Position numbers and translations under genes: made by a program. The notes under the pieces are model-generated. The model was given only the letters and a program-made list of their open reading frames with translations, did not search any database and was not told where the DNA came from. Below, one piece after another: positions 15,988-24,076 of a stretch of 64,000 nucleotides of DNA. This stretch comes from an uncultured delta proteobacterium (GTDB lineage: Bacteria; Desulfobacterota; Desulfobaccia; Desulfobaccales; 0-14-0-80-60-11), in contig CAWEWX010000077.1 in NCBI GenBank assembly GCA_963812655.1, positions 18,660-82,659 on the forward strand. The letters are read 5' to 3'. Position 1 is the first letter of the stretch, and the number at the start of each line of letters is the position of its first letter.

Positions 15988-17000
15988 ACCTCATCTCAGG
16001 CGAGGACCTGGCCGCCAGCGTCCCTCCCGGCACTCAGGCCGGCCCCGGGGAGGGCTCGGACCTGGAACTCCTGGACGCCTACTCCCGGGCCATCGTCAAG
16101 GTGGTGGAGGAGGTGGGTCCCGCGGTGGTGGGCATCACCACCGGCAGCCCGTCGCCCCGGCAGGCGGCGGAGCAGGCCGGGGCCGGCTCGGGGGTCCTCA
16201 TCGCCCCGGATGGCTATATCCTCACCAACGACCACGTGGTGGCCCAGGCCCGGCTCCTCCAGGCCACCCTGGAAGACGGCCGCACCCTGGCCGGCGAGAT
16301 CGTCGGCGCCGACCCCGCCACCGACCTGGCGGTGATTCGGGTAAACGCCGCGGGCCTGCCTTTTGCCAGCCTGGGGGACTCCGCGGCCCTGCGGGTGGGC
16401 CAGGTGGTCATCGCCATCGGCAACCCCTTCGGCTTCCAGTCCACTGTCTCCACCGGGGTGGTGAGCGCCCTGGGCCGGGCCTTGCGGAGCCGCGGCGGCC
16501 GCCTCATCGAGAATATCATCCAGCACTCCGCCCCCCTCAACCCGGGCAACTCCGGGGGGCCGTTGGTGGATTCTCGGGGCCGGGTGGTGGGGATCAACAC
16601 CGCCATCATCATGATGGCCCAGGGCATCGGGTTCGCCATCCCGGCCAACACCGGCAAGTGGGTGGTGTCCCAACTGCTCACCCAAGGCCGGGTGCGCCGG
16701 GGCTACCTGGGACTGGTGGCCCGGCAGCGGCCCCTGGAGCGCCGGCTGGTGCGCTTTCACCGCCTGAGCGCCGAATCCGCAGTGGAGGCCATCTCGGTGG
16801 ACCCCCAGGGACCGGCGGCCCAGGCCGGTTTCCGGGAAGGCGACCTCGTCGTCTCCATCGACGGCCAACCTTTGCTCAGCGTGGATGACCTGCACCGTTT
16901 CCTGGCCGAGTGGCCCATCGGCGAGCCGGTGACCCTCACCGTCATCCGGGGCCTGGAACGCCTGGACCTGCGGGTGCGGCCCCGGGAGGCCAAGGCCTGA
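15960..17000 (+). CDS. S1C (HtrA/DegP-like) serine protease with PDZ domain, no signal peptide, copy 2
   Basis: Differs from copy 1 at about 20 nt by eye, giving 8 aa changes (K/N, T/A, A/G, V/I, A/G, H/Q, N/D, Q/L); the remainder are synonymous. Stop is TGA instead of TAG. Same RBS and intact triad. Confidence 0.85.
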   Translation: MEEQVRRTLNLISGEDLAASVPPGTQAGPGEGSDLELLDAYSRAIVKVVEEVGPAVVGITTGSPSPRQAAEQAGAGSGVLIAPDGYILTNDHVVAQARLLQATLEDGRTLAGEIVGADPATDLAVIRVNAAGLPFASLGDSAALRVGQVVIAIGNPFGFQSTVSTGVVSALGRALRSRGGRLIENIIQHSAPLNPGNSGGPLVDSRGRVVGINTAIIMMAQGIGFAIPANTGKWVVSQLLTQGRVRRGYLGLVARQRPLERRLVRFHRLSAESAVEAISVDPQGPAAQAGFREGDLVVSIDGQPLLSVDDLHRFLAEWPIGEPVTLTVIRGLERLDLRVRPREAKA

Positions 17001-17134
17001 GGATGTTGAACCGCTCCGCCCGCGGCGGTTCATTCCCCCGCAGCCTGACCATCTCCCCCAGGCGGGAGCAGGGATAGCTTTAAGGCGGGGGGGGCCACCG
17101 GGCCGCCCTGCGCCAGCAGGTCCAAGGTTTCTCA

Positions 17135-17177
17135 TTGTCTTTTGCGCCGCAGATCAAGTAAGATCAAAAAAGATCTT
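17135..17177 (+). promoter_or_regulatory. candidate radA promoter plus palindrome (copy 2)
   Basis: TTGTCT, 18 nt spacer, TAAGAT, then AAGATC-AAAAAA-GATCTT. Homologous to 14438-14480. Confidence 0.4.
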
Positions 17178-17223
17178 TTGTTGGGCATCGCCAATCTCAG
17201 CTCTCCAAGGACGCCATCACCCC

Positions 17224-18591
17224 ATGTCCCGAGCCGGAAGACCGGTGTTTGTCTGCCAGCAGTGCGGCCACCAGGCGGCCAAATGGCTGGGGCGCTGCCC
17301 CGAGTGCGGCGCCTGGAGTTCCATGGCCGAAGAGGATATGACCCCCGTGGCCCCGGGCCTGGCACAACTGCCTCCCCGGCGCGGCCAGCCCCTGCCCCTG
17401 CTTAACATGCAGGCGGCCCCGGAGGTGCGCCGGACCTCTGGCATCCAGGAGTTCGACCGCACCCTGGGAGGCGCGGTGGTCCAGGGTTCCGTGGTGCTGC
17501 TGGGCGGCGACCCGGGGATCGGAAAATCGACCCTCATCCTCCAGGTCCTGGATCGGCTCAGTCGGGGAGGCCTGGTCGGCCTCTACATTTCCGGGGAAGA
17601 GTCCGAAGCCCAGCTCAAACTCCGGGCCAATCGCCTGGGCCTCACCTCGAGCGACCTGCTGGTGGCCACCGAGACCTGCCTGGAAAACATCCTCAAGATA
17701 GTGGAAGAGGTCCGGCCCGCCTTCCTGGCCCTGGATTCCATCCAGACCATGTACACCGCCACTATCCCCGCGGCCCCCGGCTCCCTGAACCAGGTAAGAG
17801 AGACGGCCTTTCGGCTGGTGCAGCAGGCCAAACTCACCGGGGTCGCCACCTTTCTCATCGGCCATGTCACCAAGGAAGGCGCCATCGCCGGCCCCATGAC
17901 CCTGGAACACCTGGTGGACACGGTCCTCTACCTGGAAGGGGACCGCAGCCACGCCTTCCGGCTGCTGCGCACCGTGAAGAACCGCTTCGGCCCCACCCAG
18001 GAACTGGGGGTCTTTGAGATGCAGGAGGCCGGCCTCCTGGAGGTGGACAACCCCTCGGGCCTTTTCATGGCGGAACGTTCCCTGGAGGTCCCCGGCGCCG
18101 CGGTGGTCCCCAACCTGGAAGGCTCCCGCCCCATCCTGGTGGAGGTCCAGGCCCTGGTGTCCCCCTCCTCCCTGGCCCTGCCCCGCCGCCAGAGCATGGG
18201 GGTGGACCCGGGGAGGGTGTCGCTGCTGGTAGCCATCCTGGAAAAGCGGGTGGGCCTGGCCCTGAGCGGCCAAGATCTCTTCGTCAACGTGGCGGGCGGG
18301 GTCCGCCTCACCGAACCGGCCGCGGACCTGGGGGTCTCCCTGGCCGTGGCCTCCTCCTTCCTGGAGCGGGCGCTGCCCGCGGACACCCTGGTCTTCGGAG
18401 AAGTGGGCCTCACCGGCGAGATCCGGGCGGTGAGCGCCCCGGAAGTGCGCCTCAAGGAAGGCGCCAAACTGGGGTTCCGCCGGGCCCTCCTGGCCCTGCG
18501 CCAAAAAGAGCGCCTGGGGGACTACCCCGGGCTGGAACTCCTGGGGGTGGAAACCCTGGCCGCGGCCATAAGGAGCTTGTTCCCGAAATGA
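17224..18591 (+). CDS. radA: DNA repair protein RadA/Sms, copy 2 (full length)
   Basis: 455 aa with all RadA motifs and a normal C-terminus (...GDYPGLELLGVETLAAAIRSLFPK). About 15 aa differences from copy 1 over the 437 shared residues. Confidence 0.9.
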   Translation: MSRAGRPVFVCQQCGHQAAKWLGRCPECGAWSSMAEEDMTPVAPGLAQLPPRRGQPLPLLNMQAAPEVRRTSGIQEFDRTLGGAVVQGSVVLLGGDPGIGKSTLILQVLDRLSRGGLVGLYISGEESEAQLKLRANRLGLTSSDLLVATETCLENILKIVEEVRPAFLALDSIQTMYTATIPAAPGSLNQVRETAFRLVQQAKLTGVATFLIGHVTKEGAIAGPMTLEHLVDTVLYLEGDRSHAFRLLRTVKNRFGPTQELGVFEMQEAGLLEVDNPSGLFMAERSLEVPGAAVVPNLEGSRPILVEVQALVSPSSLALPRRQSMGVDPGRVSLLVAILEKRVGLALSGQDLFVNVAGGVRLTEPAADLGVSLAVASSFLERALPADTLVFGEVGLTGEIRAVSAPEVRLKEGAKLGFRRALLALRQKERLGDYPGLELLGVETLAAAIRSLFPK

Positions 18592-18621
18592 TTTTTGAAT
18601 AAAATTTTAACGGAGGTCACT

Positions 18622-18975
18622 ATGGGATATCGTGGAGAAAAGATTTATATTAAAGTTTATTATAAGTTGATTAAAATTGCAGAAAAAGGTGAAACTATAA
18701 ATTATGGTAAAATTGGTGATATGATGAGTTTGCCACAAGGACAATATATGGGTCAACAAGTGGGTATTATATGCGATGAAATTAATAATGATGAACATAT
18801 TAATGGGAGGCCAATGCTTAGTGCAGTTGTGATCAGAAAAGATTGGGAAATGCCTGGAGATGGTTTTTTTGAATGTGCAAAAAGTTTAAGAAAGTTTGAT
18901 GGAAATACCGAAAGGGAAAAAAGAATATTTTGGCAAAATGAAATTAAAAAGGTTTATAAAGAGTGGCAAGATTGA
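18622..18975 (+). CDS. hypothetical protein encoded by a strongly AT-rich islet (117 aa)
   Basis: GGAGG lies 5 nt before ATG 18622. Codons are overwhelmingly A/T-ending, in sharp contrast to the flanks. The segment INYGKIGDMM...GRPMLSAVVIRKDWEMPGDGFF loosely resembles MGMT/ATL-type winged-helix DNA-binding domains, without the active Cys. That similarity is a weak impression only. Confidence 0.6.
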   Translation: MGYRGEKIYIKVYYKLIKIAEKGETINYGKIGDMMSLPQGQYMGQQVGIICDEINNDEHINGRPMLSAVVIRKDWEMPGDGFFECAKSLRKFDGNTEREKRIFWQNEIKKVYKEWQD

Positions 18976-19084
18976 TTATATTTCTGAGGACATTTTGCAA
19001 AATATAAAACGCGCTCGATAACTTTTCCTGCAACCCTTGACTTTGGTGCCCGGCGACCAAAATAAATATCGAGGAGCGATAGCC

Positions 19085-19330
19085 ATGACCGATATGAAAA
19101 GCGAAATTCAGAAGGCCTTTGATATGGTGGACCGGCGGCAGAACGACGCCGCCTTGCAGGTCATCGAAGCAATCCTGGCCGATCTTTCGCCGCCCAACCG
19201 GGTGGAGATTCCCCCGGCCCGGCCCACCATCTACGACTGGCTGCAAAAAGCCAGGCGGAGCCTAGCCGGAGAACCCGAAATCGTGCCCCCCAAGGCCGCG
19301 CTGAGGAGCGCCCTGGCCCTGGTGCATTAA
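19085..19330 (+). CDS. small hypothetical protein (81 aa)
   Basis: GAGGAG lies 8 nt before ATG 19085, with genome-typical GC3 (MTDMKSEIQKAFDMVDRRQNDAALQVIEAIL...). No family recognised. Confidence 0.45.
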   Translation: MTDMKSEIQKAFDMVDRRQNDAALQVIEAILADLSPPNRVEIPPARPTIYDWLQKARRSLAGEPEIVPPKAALRSALALVH

Positions 19331-19437
19331 GCGTAGGGTGCGCACCGCGCACCATTTACCCGAAAGATAGGTAGGGCGGCCGTCCCTGGCCGCCCATGAG
19401 AATGGTGGGCACGGAGGCCCGCCCCACCAAATTATTT

Positions 19438-20619
19438 TCATTCCGGATACAGCAGAAACTCCCGCCGCGTCTCCATGAACCCGGCCAGGTCTCCCTGCCA
19501 GGAATTTTCCAGCTCCGCCGCGCTCAGGCCCCGCTCCAGCCCCAGGCGGATGGCGGCGTCCCCGGTGAGCAGGTCGATGGGCAGCCGCGCAGTCTCGTAT
19601 TCATAGGGCGGCAGGCGCCAGGCGAACCGCTCCGGGTAGAGCTCCCGGATCGCCGCCAACAGGGCCAGGGTGGTGAAATAGGGCTTGAAACTCCCCCGGT
19701 CGCTGACGTGCAGTTGGAAGCCGCAGCACCTCTCGCCGCTCCACTTGTGGAAGGTGGGCTCAAAGCAGGCCTCGCGCAGGATCACTCCCGGCAGTTTCGG
19801 CATTTTTTGTAAGTGGGCCTTCAGCCGCGCCGGCTCCAGGAACGGCGCCCCGCAGAGTTCGAAGGGTTTGGTGGTGCCCCGCCCCTCCGAGAGATTGGTG
19901 CCCTCCAGGAGGACCTGGCCCGGATAGACCAGGGCTCCTTCCAGGGTGGGCAGATTGGGAGACGGCATTACCCAGGGCAGGCCGCTGGCGTCGAAATAGT
20001 CGCGCCGCCGCCAGCCGGCCAGGGGAATTACCTCCAGGTCGCAGTCGATCTTCTGGGTGACCTGGTAGTAGCGGGCCAGCTCCCCCAGGGTAAAGCCATG
20101 GCGCATGGGCAGAGGATAAGGCCCCACCAGGGAGGCCCATTCCGGCCGCAGGATATTACCCTCCACCGCCGCGCCGCCGATGGGGTTGGGGCGGTCCAGG
20201 ACCACCACCTTTTTGCCCAGGGGAGCCGCAGCCTCCATCACCTTGGCCAGGGTGGCGGCAAAGGTGTACACCCGGGCGCCCACGTCCTGCAGGTCCACCA
20301 GGACGGCGTCCACCTCCGCCAGGGCCTCGGCGGGGGGGGCCATCCGAGGGCCATAAAGGCTCACCACCGGCAGCTTCAGGAGCGGGTCTACGAAGTCAGC
20401 GGAGGGGATCATATTGTCTTGCTTCTCCCCCCACAGGCCGTGCTGCGGACTGAACAGCACCTTCAGTTGCCCGGGAAAGCGGGCCGCCAGGAGTTCCCGG
20501 GCGGCGGTCAGATCCGCGGCCACCGCGGCCGGGTGGCTCAGCAGCCCCAGCCGGCTCCGGGCCGCCCAGGCAGGCGGGTCTTGCAGGAAGCCTTCCACCC
20601 CGGTAATTACCCGCCTCAT
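19438..20619 (-). CDS. DUF1343 family protein (exo-beta-N-acetylmuramidase NamZ-like)
   Basis: SPQHGLWGEKQD, PVVSLYG, VLVDLQDVGARVYTF, VVVLDRPNPIGG and PMRHGFTLGELA are hallmark DUF1343 blocks. Confidence 0.85.
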   Translation of the reverse strand: MRRVITGVEGFLQDPPAWAARSRLGLLSHPAAVAADLTAARELLAARFPGQLKVLFSPQHGLWGEKQDNMIPSADFVDPLLKLPVVSLYGPRMAPPAEALAEVDAVLVDLQDVGARVYTFAATLAKVMEAAAPLGKKVVVLDRPNPIGGAAVEGNILRPEWASLVGPYPLPMRHGFTLGELARYYQVTQKIDCDLEVIPLAGWRRRDYFDASGLPWVMPSPNLPTLEGALVYPGQVLLEGTNLSEGRGTTKPFELCGAPFLEPARLKAHLQKMPKLPGVILREACFEPTFHKWSGERCCGFQLHVSDRGSFKPYFTTLALLAAIRELYPERFAWRLPPYEYETARLPIDLLTGDAAIRLGLERGLSAAELENSWQGDLAGFMETRREFLLYPE

Positions 20620-20671
20620 GAGTTTCTCTCCCTCAATAAAAACCTAACCGCTCCCAGCCCGGCCCTGGATG

Positions 20672-20698
20672 AAAAGGGGCGGGTTTAATACCCGCCCC
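20672..20698 (-). terminator. intrinsic terminator after the GNAT gene
   Basis: GGGGCGGGT-TTAAT-ACCCGCCCC forms a 9 bp GC stem, followed on the minus strand by TTTT. Lies 30 nt downstream of the stop at 20728. Confidence 0.6.
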
Positions 20699-20727
20699 GG
20701 TCTTACCGCCAGCCCATGGCGCCGCGG

Positions 20728-21297
20728 TTAAAATTCCGCTTCTTCTCGTTTCATGACCGGGCGCATCATCAACACCACGTCGTGGGTCACCCCATCCCGG
20801 CGGATAAAATACTCGTCCAGCACCGCCTTATGTTCAAAACCATGGGTCCTGAAGCCCTTGATCACCTTTTTGAGGTCGGCGACGATCTCCGCCTTCAGCC
20901 ACTGGAGATTCTCCTTAAAGGCCAGGTTGATCATCTCCTCCAGCATCAGGGAGCCCAGTCCCAGGTTCCGGTAGCTGCGGGACACAAAAATCCGGATCTC
21001 CCCGATGTGGTTGGCCGAGTGTTTACCCCGGTGCAGGGTGGCGTCCGCCACAATCTGATTGGTTTCCAAGTCCATCGCCAGCAGGGGCAAGACCTTGTGG
21101 TAGTTGATGTTATCCATCCAGAGGTTGACCAACTTGGGATCTTTGACATTCTGCTTGAGAAACCGGATGTCCTCTTCGGGAGCCTCTTGAAACAACTGGA
21201 GCAAGCCCTGGCGATCCTCCTCGTTGAGGAAGCGAAACATCATCCGTTTGCCGTTGCGCAGGGTGATGAACTTGCGGTAAGCGGGATAATTGATCAT
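20728..21297 (-). CDS. GNAT-family N-acetyltransferase
   Basis: Acetyl-CoA motif region RIFVSRSYRNLGLGSLMLEEMINLA. Start set at ATG 21297 (MINYPAYRKF). The 62-codon upstream extension in the track is Gly/Ala/Arg-rich and unlikely to be coding. Confidence 0.8.
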   Translation of the reverse strand: MINYPAYRKFITLRNGKRMMFRFLNEEDRQGLLQLFQEAPEEDIRFLKQNVKDPKLVNLWMDNINYHKVLPLLAMDLETNQIVADATLHRGKHSANHIGEIRIFVSRSYRNLGLGSLMLEEMINLAFKENLQWLKAEIVADLKKVIKGFRTHGFEHKAVLDEYFIRRDGVTHDVVLMMRPVMKREEAEF

Positions 21298-21482
21298 GGC
21301 CGGCCTCAAAAGATTTTTGGAAATATTGAGCAATGATATAACCGAGCGGTGAAATTTGTCAAGGGAAGTGGAGGCTAACGCCGGCCAGGACCCCGGCGCC
21401 CTGCCGCGGCTGGCAGCGAACCTCAGACCTGAGAGGCGTCCCGCCTGGCCGGCGCCCCCATGATCCCCGGCCAGGGCCGTCA

Positions 21483-21579
21483 TCTGGATAACTTATGGAT
21501 ATTGCTAATTAATATATTTTAGAGGGATTTTCCATATGCATGTAGCAGGGATACCGAATTTTGCAGCTGATTATCCTTT
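21483..21579. promoter_or_regulatory. weak DnaA-box-like cluster and AT-rich tract upstream of dnaA
   Basis: TCTGGATAA (21483-91, 8/9 to TGTGGATAA), TATGGATAT (21494-502, 7/9), TTATCCTTT (21571-79, 6/9). AT-rich ATTGCTAATTAATATATTTTAG lies in between. Too few and too degenerate to call oriC. Confidence 0.3.
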
Positions 21580-21877
21580 ACCCTTATGAAAATCGTTGGA
21601 AACGATAGGAAACGCGAGATGAGCTCAAACCATAAAGGGCCGCCGGGGACCCTGGCAAACCCCTCGGGCCGATGCTTCTTGCTTAAATCATCTTGATTTT
21701 GCAGGATATTTTGTCATTTGGGACAGCCCGCATCACCATTGCGCCATGGCCTCTTAACCCTTCCCCCTGGCTGCCGGCAGCGTGGTCGGGCTAAGGTTCA
21801 TTTCGGTCCATCTCCTTTGACCGGGATGGCCCCAAAGGTTAGTATCGGTTCAGCAAACGCAAAGCGATCGGGGGAAT

Positions 21878-23254
21878 ATGACAAACATTTGGGAAGCGGT
21901 CAAAGAGGTAATCAAGGACGAAATACCCTCCTCCACCTACCACCTGTGGATCGAGCCCCTCCAGGTGGAAAACGGTCCCGGAGGCGAACTGCTGCTGGCC
22001 TGCCCCAATCCTTTTTCCCTGAGATGGGTCCAGGGCCATTATCTGCCGCTAATCCGGCAGGCCCTGGCAAACCTGGGACAGACGCCGGCCGCGGTGGCTT
22101 TGAAGTTGCTCAACCCCCCTCCCCGACCGCAGGCGTTGCCGCGGCCGACCCAGCCGGCCTTCCCCCAGATAGCGCCGCCAACCCTCCGGAGCGGTCTTAA
22201 TCAGGCCTTCACCTTTGATAAATTCGTGGTCGGGGCCTCCAACCGCCTGGCCTATCAGGCTTCCCGGGCCCTGGCCAGGAATGACACCTTTTATAACCAT
22301 CTCCTGTTCATCACCTCCAGCCCTGGTCTGGGCAAGAGCCATCTGTCCCAGGCCATGGGCAACTTTATCAGCCAGACGGCCGGTGGCGGCAGGGTCATGT
22401 ATCTCACCGCGGAGAGTTTCACCAACCAAATGGTAAGGGCCTTGAAAAGCGGGCAGATGGCCGATTTCAAGGAGCGCTTCCGCCGCGACTGCGACATTCT
22501 GCTCCTGGAAGAGGTCCAGTTTTTAAGCGGCAAAGAGAAGATTCAGGCGGAAGTGTGCTACACCCTGGACACCCTCCTGAGCCGCCGCAAACGGCTGGTC
22601 TTCACCAGTTGTTATCTCCCGGGGGAGATCAGCCACCTCTCCCAAGAACTCCGCTCCCGGCTCACCGGCGGGGTCATTACCCCCATCGGCCCTCCGGACT
22701 TCCCCACCCGGGTGAATATCCTGGCCAAAAAGGCCGAGAGCCGTGGAGTGCAAGTCTCGGTGAAGATCCTGGAATACCTGGCGGAATACGTCAGCGGCGA
22801 CGTGCGCCGCCTGGAGAGCGCCCTGGACTGCCTGCTGGCCCGGGCGTCCTTGCTCAATCAGACCTTCAACCCGTCCATGGCCCGGGAGGTCCTCCAGGAC
22901 TTGCAGGCGGTGGCCCGCCGTCTGAACATTCCGGAGATCCAAAAGATTGTCTGCGACTATTATGGGGTAAGCCTGGCGGAACTCTTGGGGCGTTCCCGCC
23001 AGAAGCGGCTGGTGCGGGCCCGGCAGCTAGGTTTTTATTTCGGCCGCCTCTATACGGAAAAGACGCTGGCGGAGTTGGGGCTCCTCTTTCAGAGGACCCA
23101 CGCCACCGTGGTGCACGCCTTGCAAACCCTGGAGCGGGAACGCAAGACCAATCAACGCCTGGCCCAGGAAGTGCAGCTACTGGAGCAAAAGTTGGCCCAG
23201 GCCCAAGTCAGGTGGGGGTCGAAGCCAGCATCCACTCTTCGCACTGATGCTTGA
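21878..23254 (+). CDS. dnaA: chromosomal replication initiator DnaA
   Basis: N-terminal MTNIWEAVKEVIKDEI...LWIEPL, AAA+ Walker A SSPGLGKSHL, LLLEEVQFL, C-terminal DNA-binding helix (RARQLGFYF...THATVVHA). Confidence 0.95.
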   Translation: MTNIWEAVKEVIKDEIPSSTYHLWIEPLQVENGPGGELLLACPNPFSLRWVQGHYLPLIRQALANLGQTPAAVALKLLNPPPRPQALPRPTQPAFPQIAPPTLRSGLNQAFTFDKFVVGASNRLAYQASRALARNDTFYNHLLFITSSPGLGKSHLSQAMGNFISQTAGGGRVMYLTAESFTNQMVRALKSGQMADFKERFRRDCDILLLEEVQFLSGKEKIQAEVCYTLDTLLSRRKRLVFTSCYLPGEISHLSQELRSRLTGGVITPIGPPDFPTRVNILAKKAESRGVQVSVKILEYLAEYVSGDVRRLESALDCLLARASLLNQTFNPSMAREVLQDLQAVARRLNIPEIQKIVCDYYGVSLAELLGRSRQKRLVRARQLGFYFGRLYTEKTLAELGLLFQRTHATVVHALQTLERERKTNQRLAQEVQLLEQKLAQAQVRWGSKPASTLRTDA

Positions 23255-23912
23255 TAACCCTGCCTTCCACGATGAAGACGATGTCTTCGGCGATGTTGGT
23301 GGCCAGGTCGGCGATGCGCTCCAAATTCCGGACAACGATGAGAAAATGGTGCAGCCGCGTTACCCAGCGCGACTCCTGGACCATGCACGCCAGAATCTTC
23401 TGGACATACTCATCGTCCAACAGGTCCACTTCCACATCCCGCTGACACACCTTGATGGCCAGCTTGGGGTCCTGGTGCACGAAGGCGTCGATGCTGCTGG
23501 TCACCATGCCCAGGGCCATGTCGGCCATGACCTTGAGATCGATGGGGACCGGCAGGGGCTCGCTGCTGTTGAGTTCCAAGGCCCGTTCGGCGATGTTCAC
23601 CGCCTGATCGCCAATGCGCTCCAGTTCAGTGGCGATGCGCATGGCCGCGGTGGTCAGTCTCAGGTCCGTGGCTAGGGGCTGGCGCAAGGCCAGCAGCCTG
23701 AAGGCCTGTTCTTCAATGGCCAATTCCATGCGGTTCAGGGTAATGTCATCGATGATCACGTCCCGGGCCAGGTCGGAGTTACGGGTAGTCACCGAGATTA
23801 TACTCTTGTCCACGGCGGTTTCGGCCAGGCTCCCCAGTTGCAGCAGATCATGTTTGATCTGCTCCAGTTCCTGATCGAATTGCCGCGCCATCTTCATGGG
23901 GGTCGCCATCAT
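23208..23912 (-). CDS. phoU: phosphate signalling regulator PhoU
   Basis: Two PhoU repeats (QFDQELEQIKHDLLQLG..., ELERIGDQAVNIAE / NLERIADLATNIAE). Start chosen at ATG 23912. The 3' end overlaps the dnaA 3' end by 47 nt. Confidence 0.85.
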   Translation of the reverse strand: MMATPMKMARQFDQELEQIKHDLLQLGSLAETAVDKSIISVTTRNSDLARDVIIDDITLNRMELAIEEQAFRLLALRQPLATDLRLTTAAMRIATELERIGDQAVNIAERALELNSSEPLPVPIDLKVMADMALGMVTSSIDAFVHQDPKLAIKVCQRDVEVDLLDDEYVQKILACMVQESRWVTRLHHFLIVVRNLERIADLATNIAEDIVFIVEGRVIKHQCEEWMLASTPT

Positions 23913-24076
23913 CAATCCCTTCTTCTGCTGGAAGCGTAACAAATTTTACTATAAATCGTGCAAAAGATAAATATGCTAGAAGAGATATCTGTGCGGAGAC
24001 CTAAAATCTTTTTCTGGTGAGTGGCCTCGGTTACGAAAAGCACGAAAAGTTCCTCAGGCGGCCTGGGGCCGCCGGA

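Larger units (their letters stand above)
15838..18531 (+). repeat. tandem duplication unit 2 (protease + radA)
   Basis: See unit 1. The junction is the AT-rich AATGTTAAAAATAATAATTATTATATATACTGTGG, which resembles the sequence upstream of unit 1 (ACAAATTAGGTTATACTTATACTGTGG). Confidence 0.85.

Noticed and set aside
13145-18531. Possibility that the protease-radA duplication is an assembly artefact.
   Set aside because: Not fully excludable without reads. However, the copies differ by scattered, mostly synonymous or conservative substitutions, have different stop codons and an unrelated ~130 nt spacer segment, and share a unique junction. That pattern fits a real diverged duplication better than a stutter. 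A chimeric merge of two strains remains the main alternative.
21298-21483. N-terminal 62-codon extension of the GNAT gene in the ORF track.
   Set aside because: Gly/Ala/Arg-rich and not part of the GNAT fold. An internal ATG at 21297 gives a normal-length protein.
21483-21579. Calling this region oriC.
   Set aside because: Only three degenerate DnaA-box-like 9-mers, and the gene-strand bias to the right is opposite to expectation. Kept only as a low-confidence regulatory feature.
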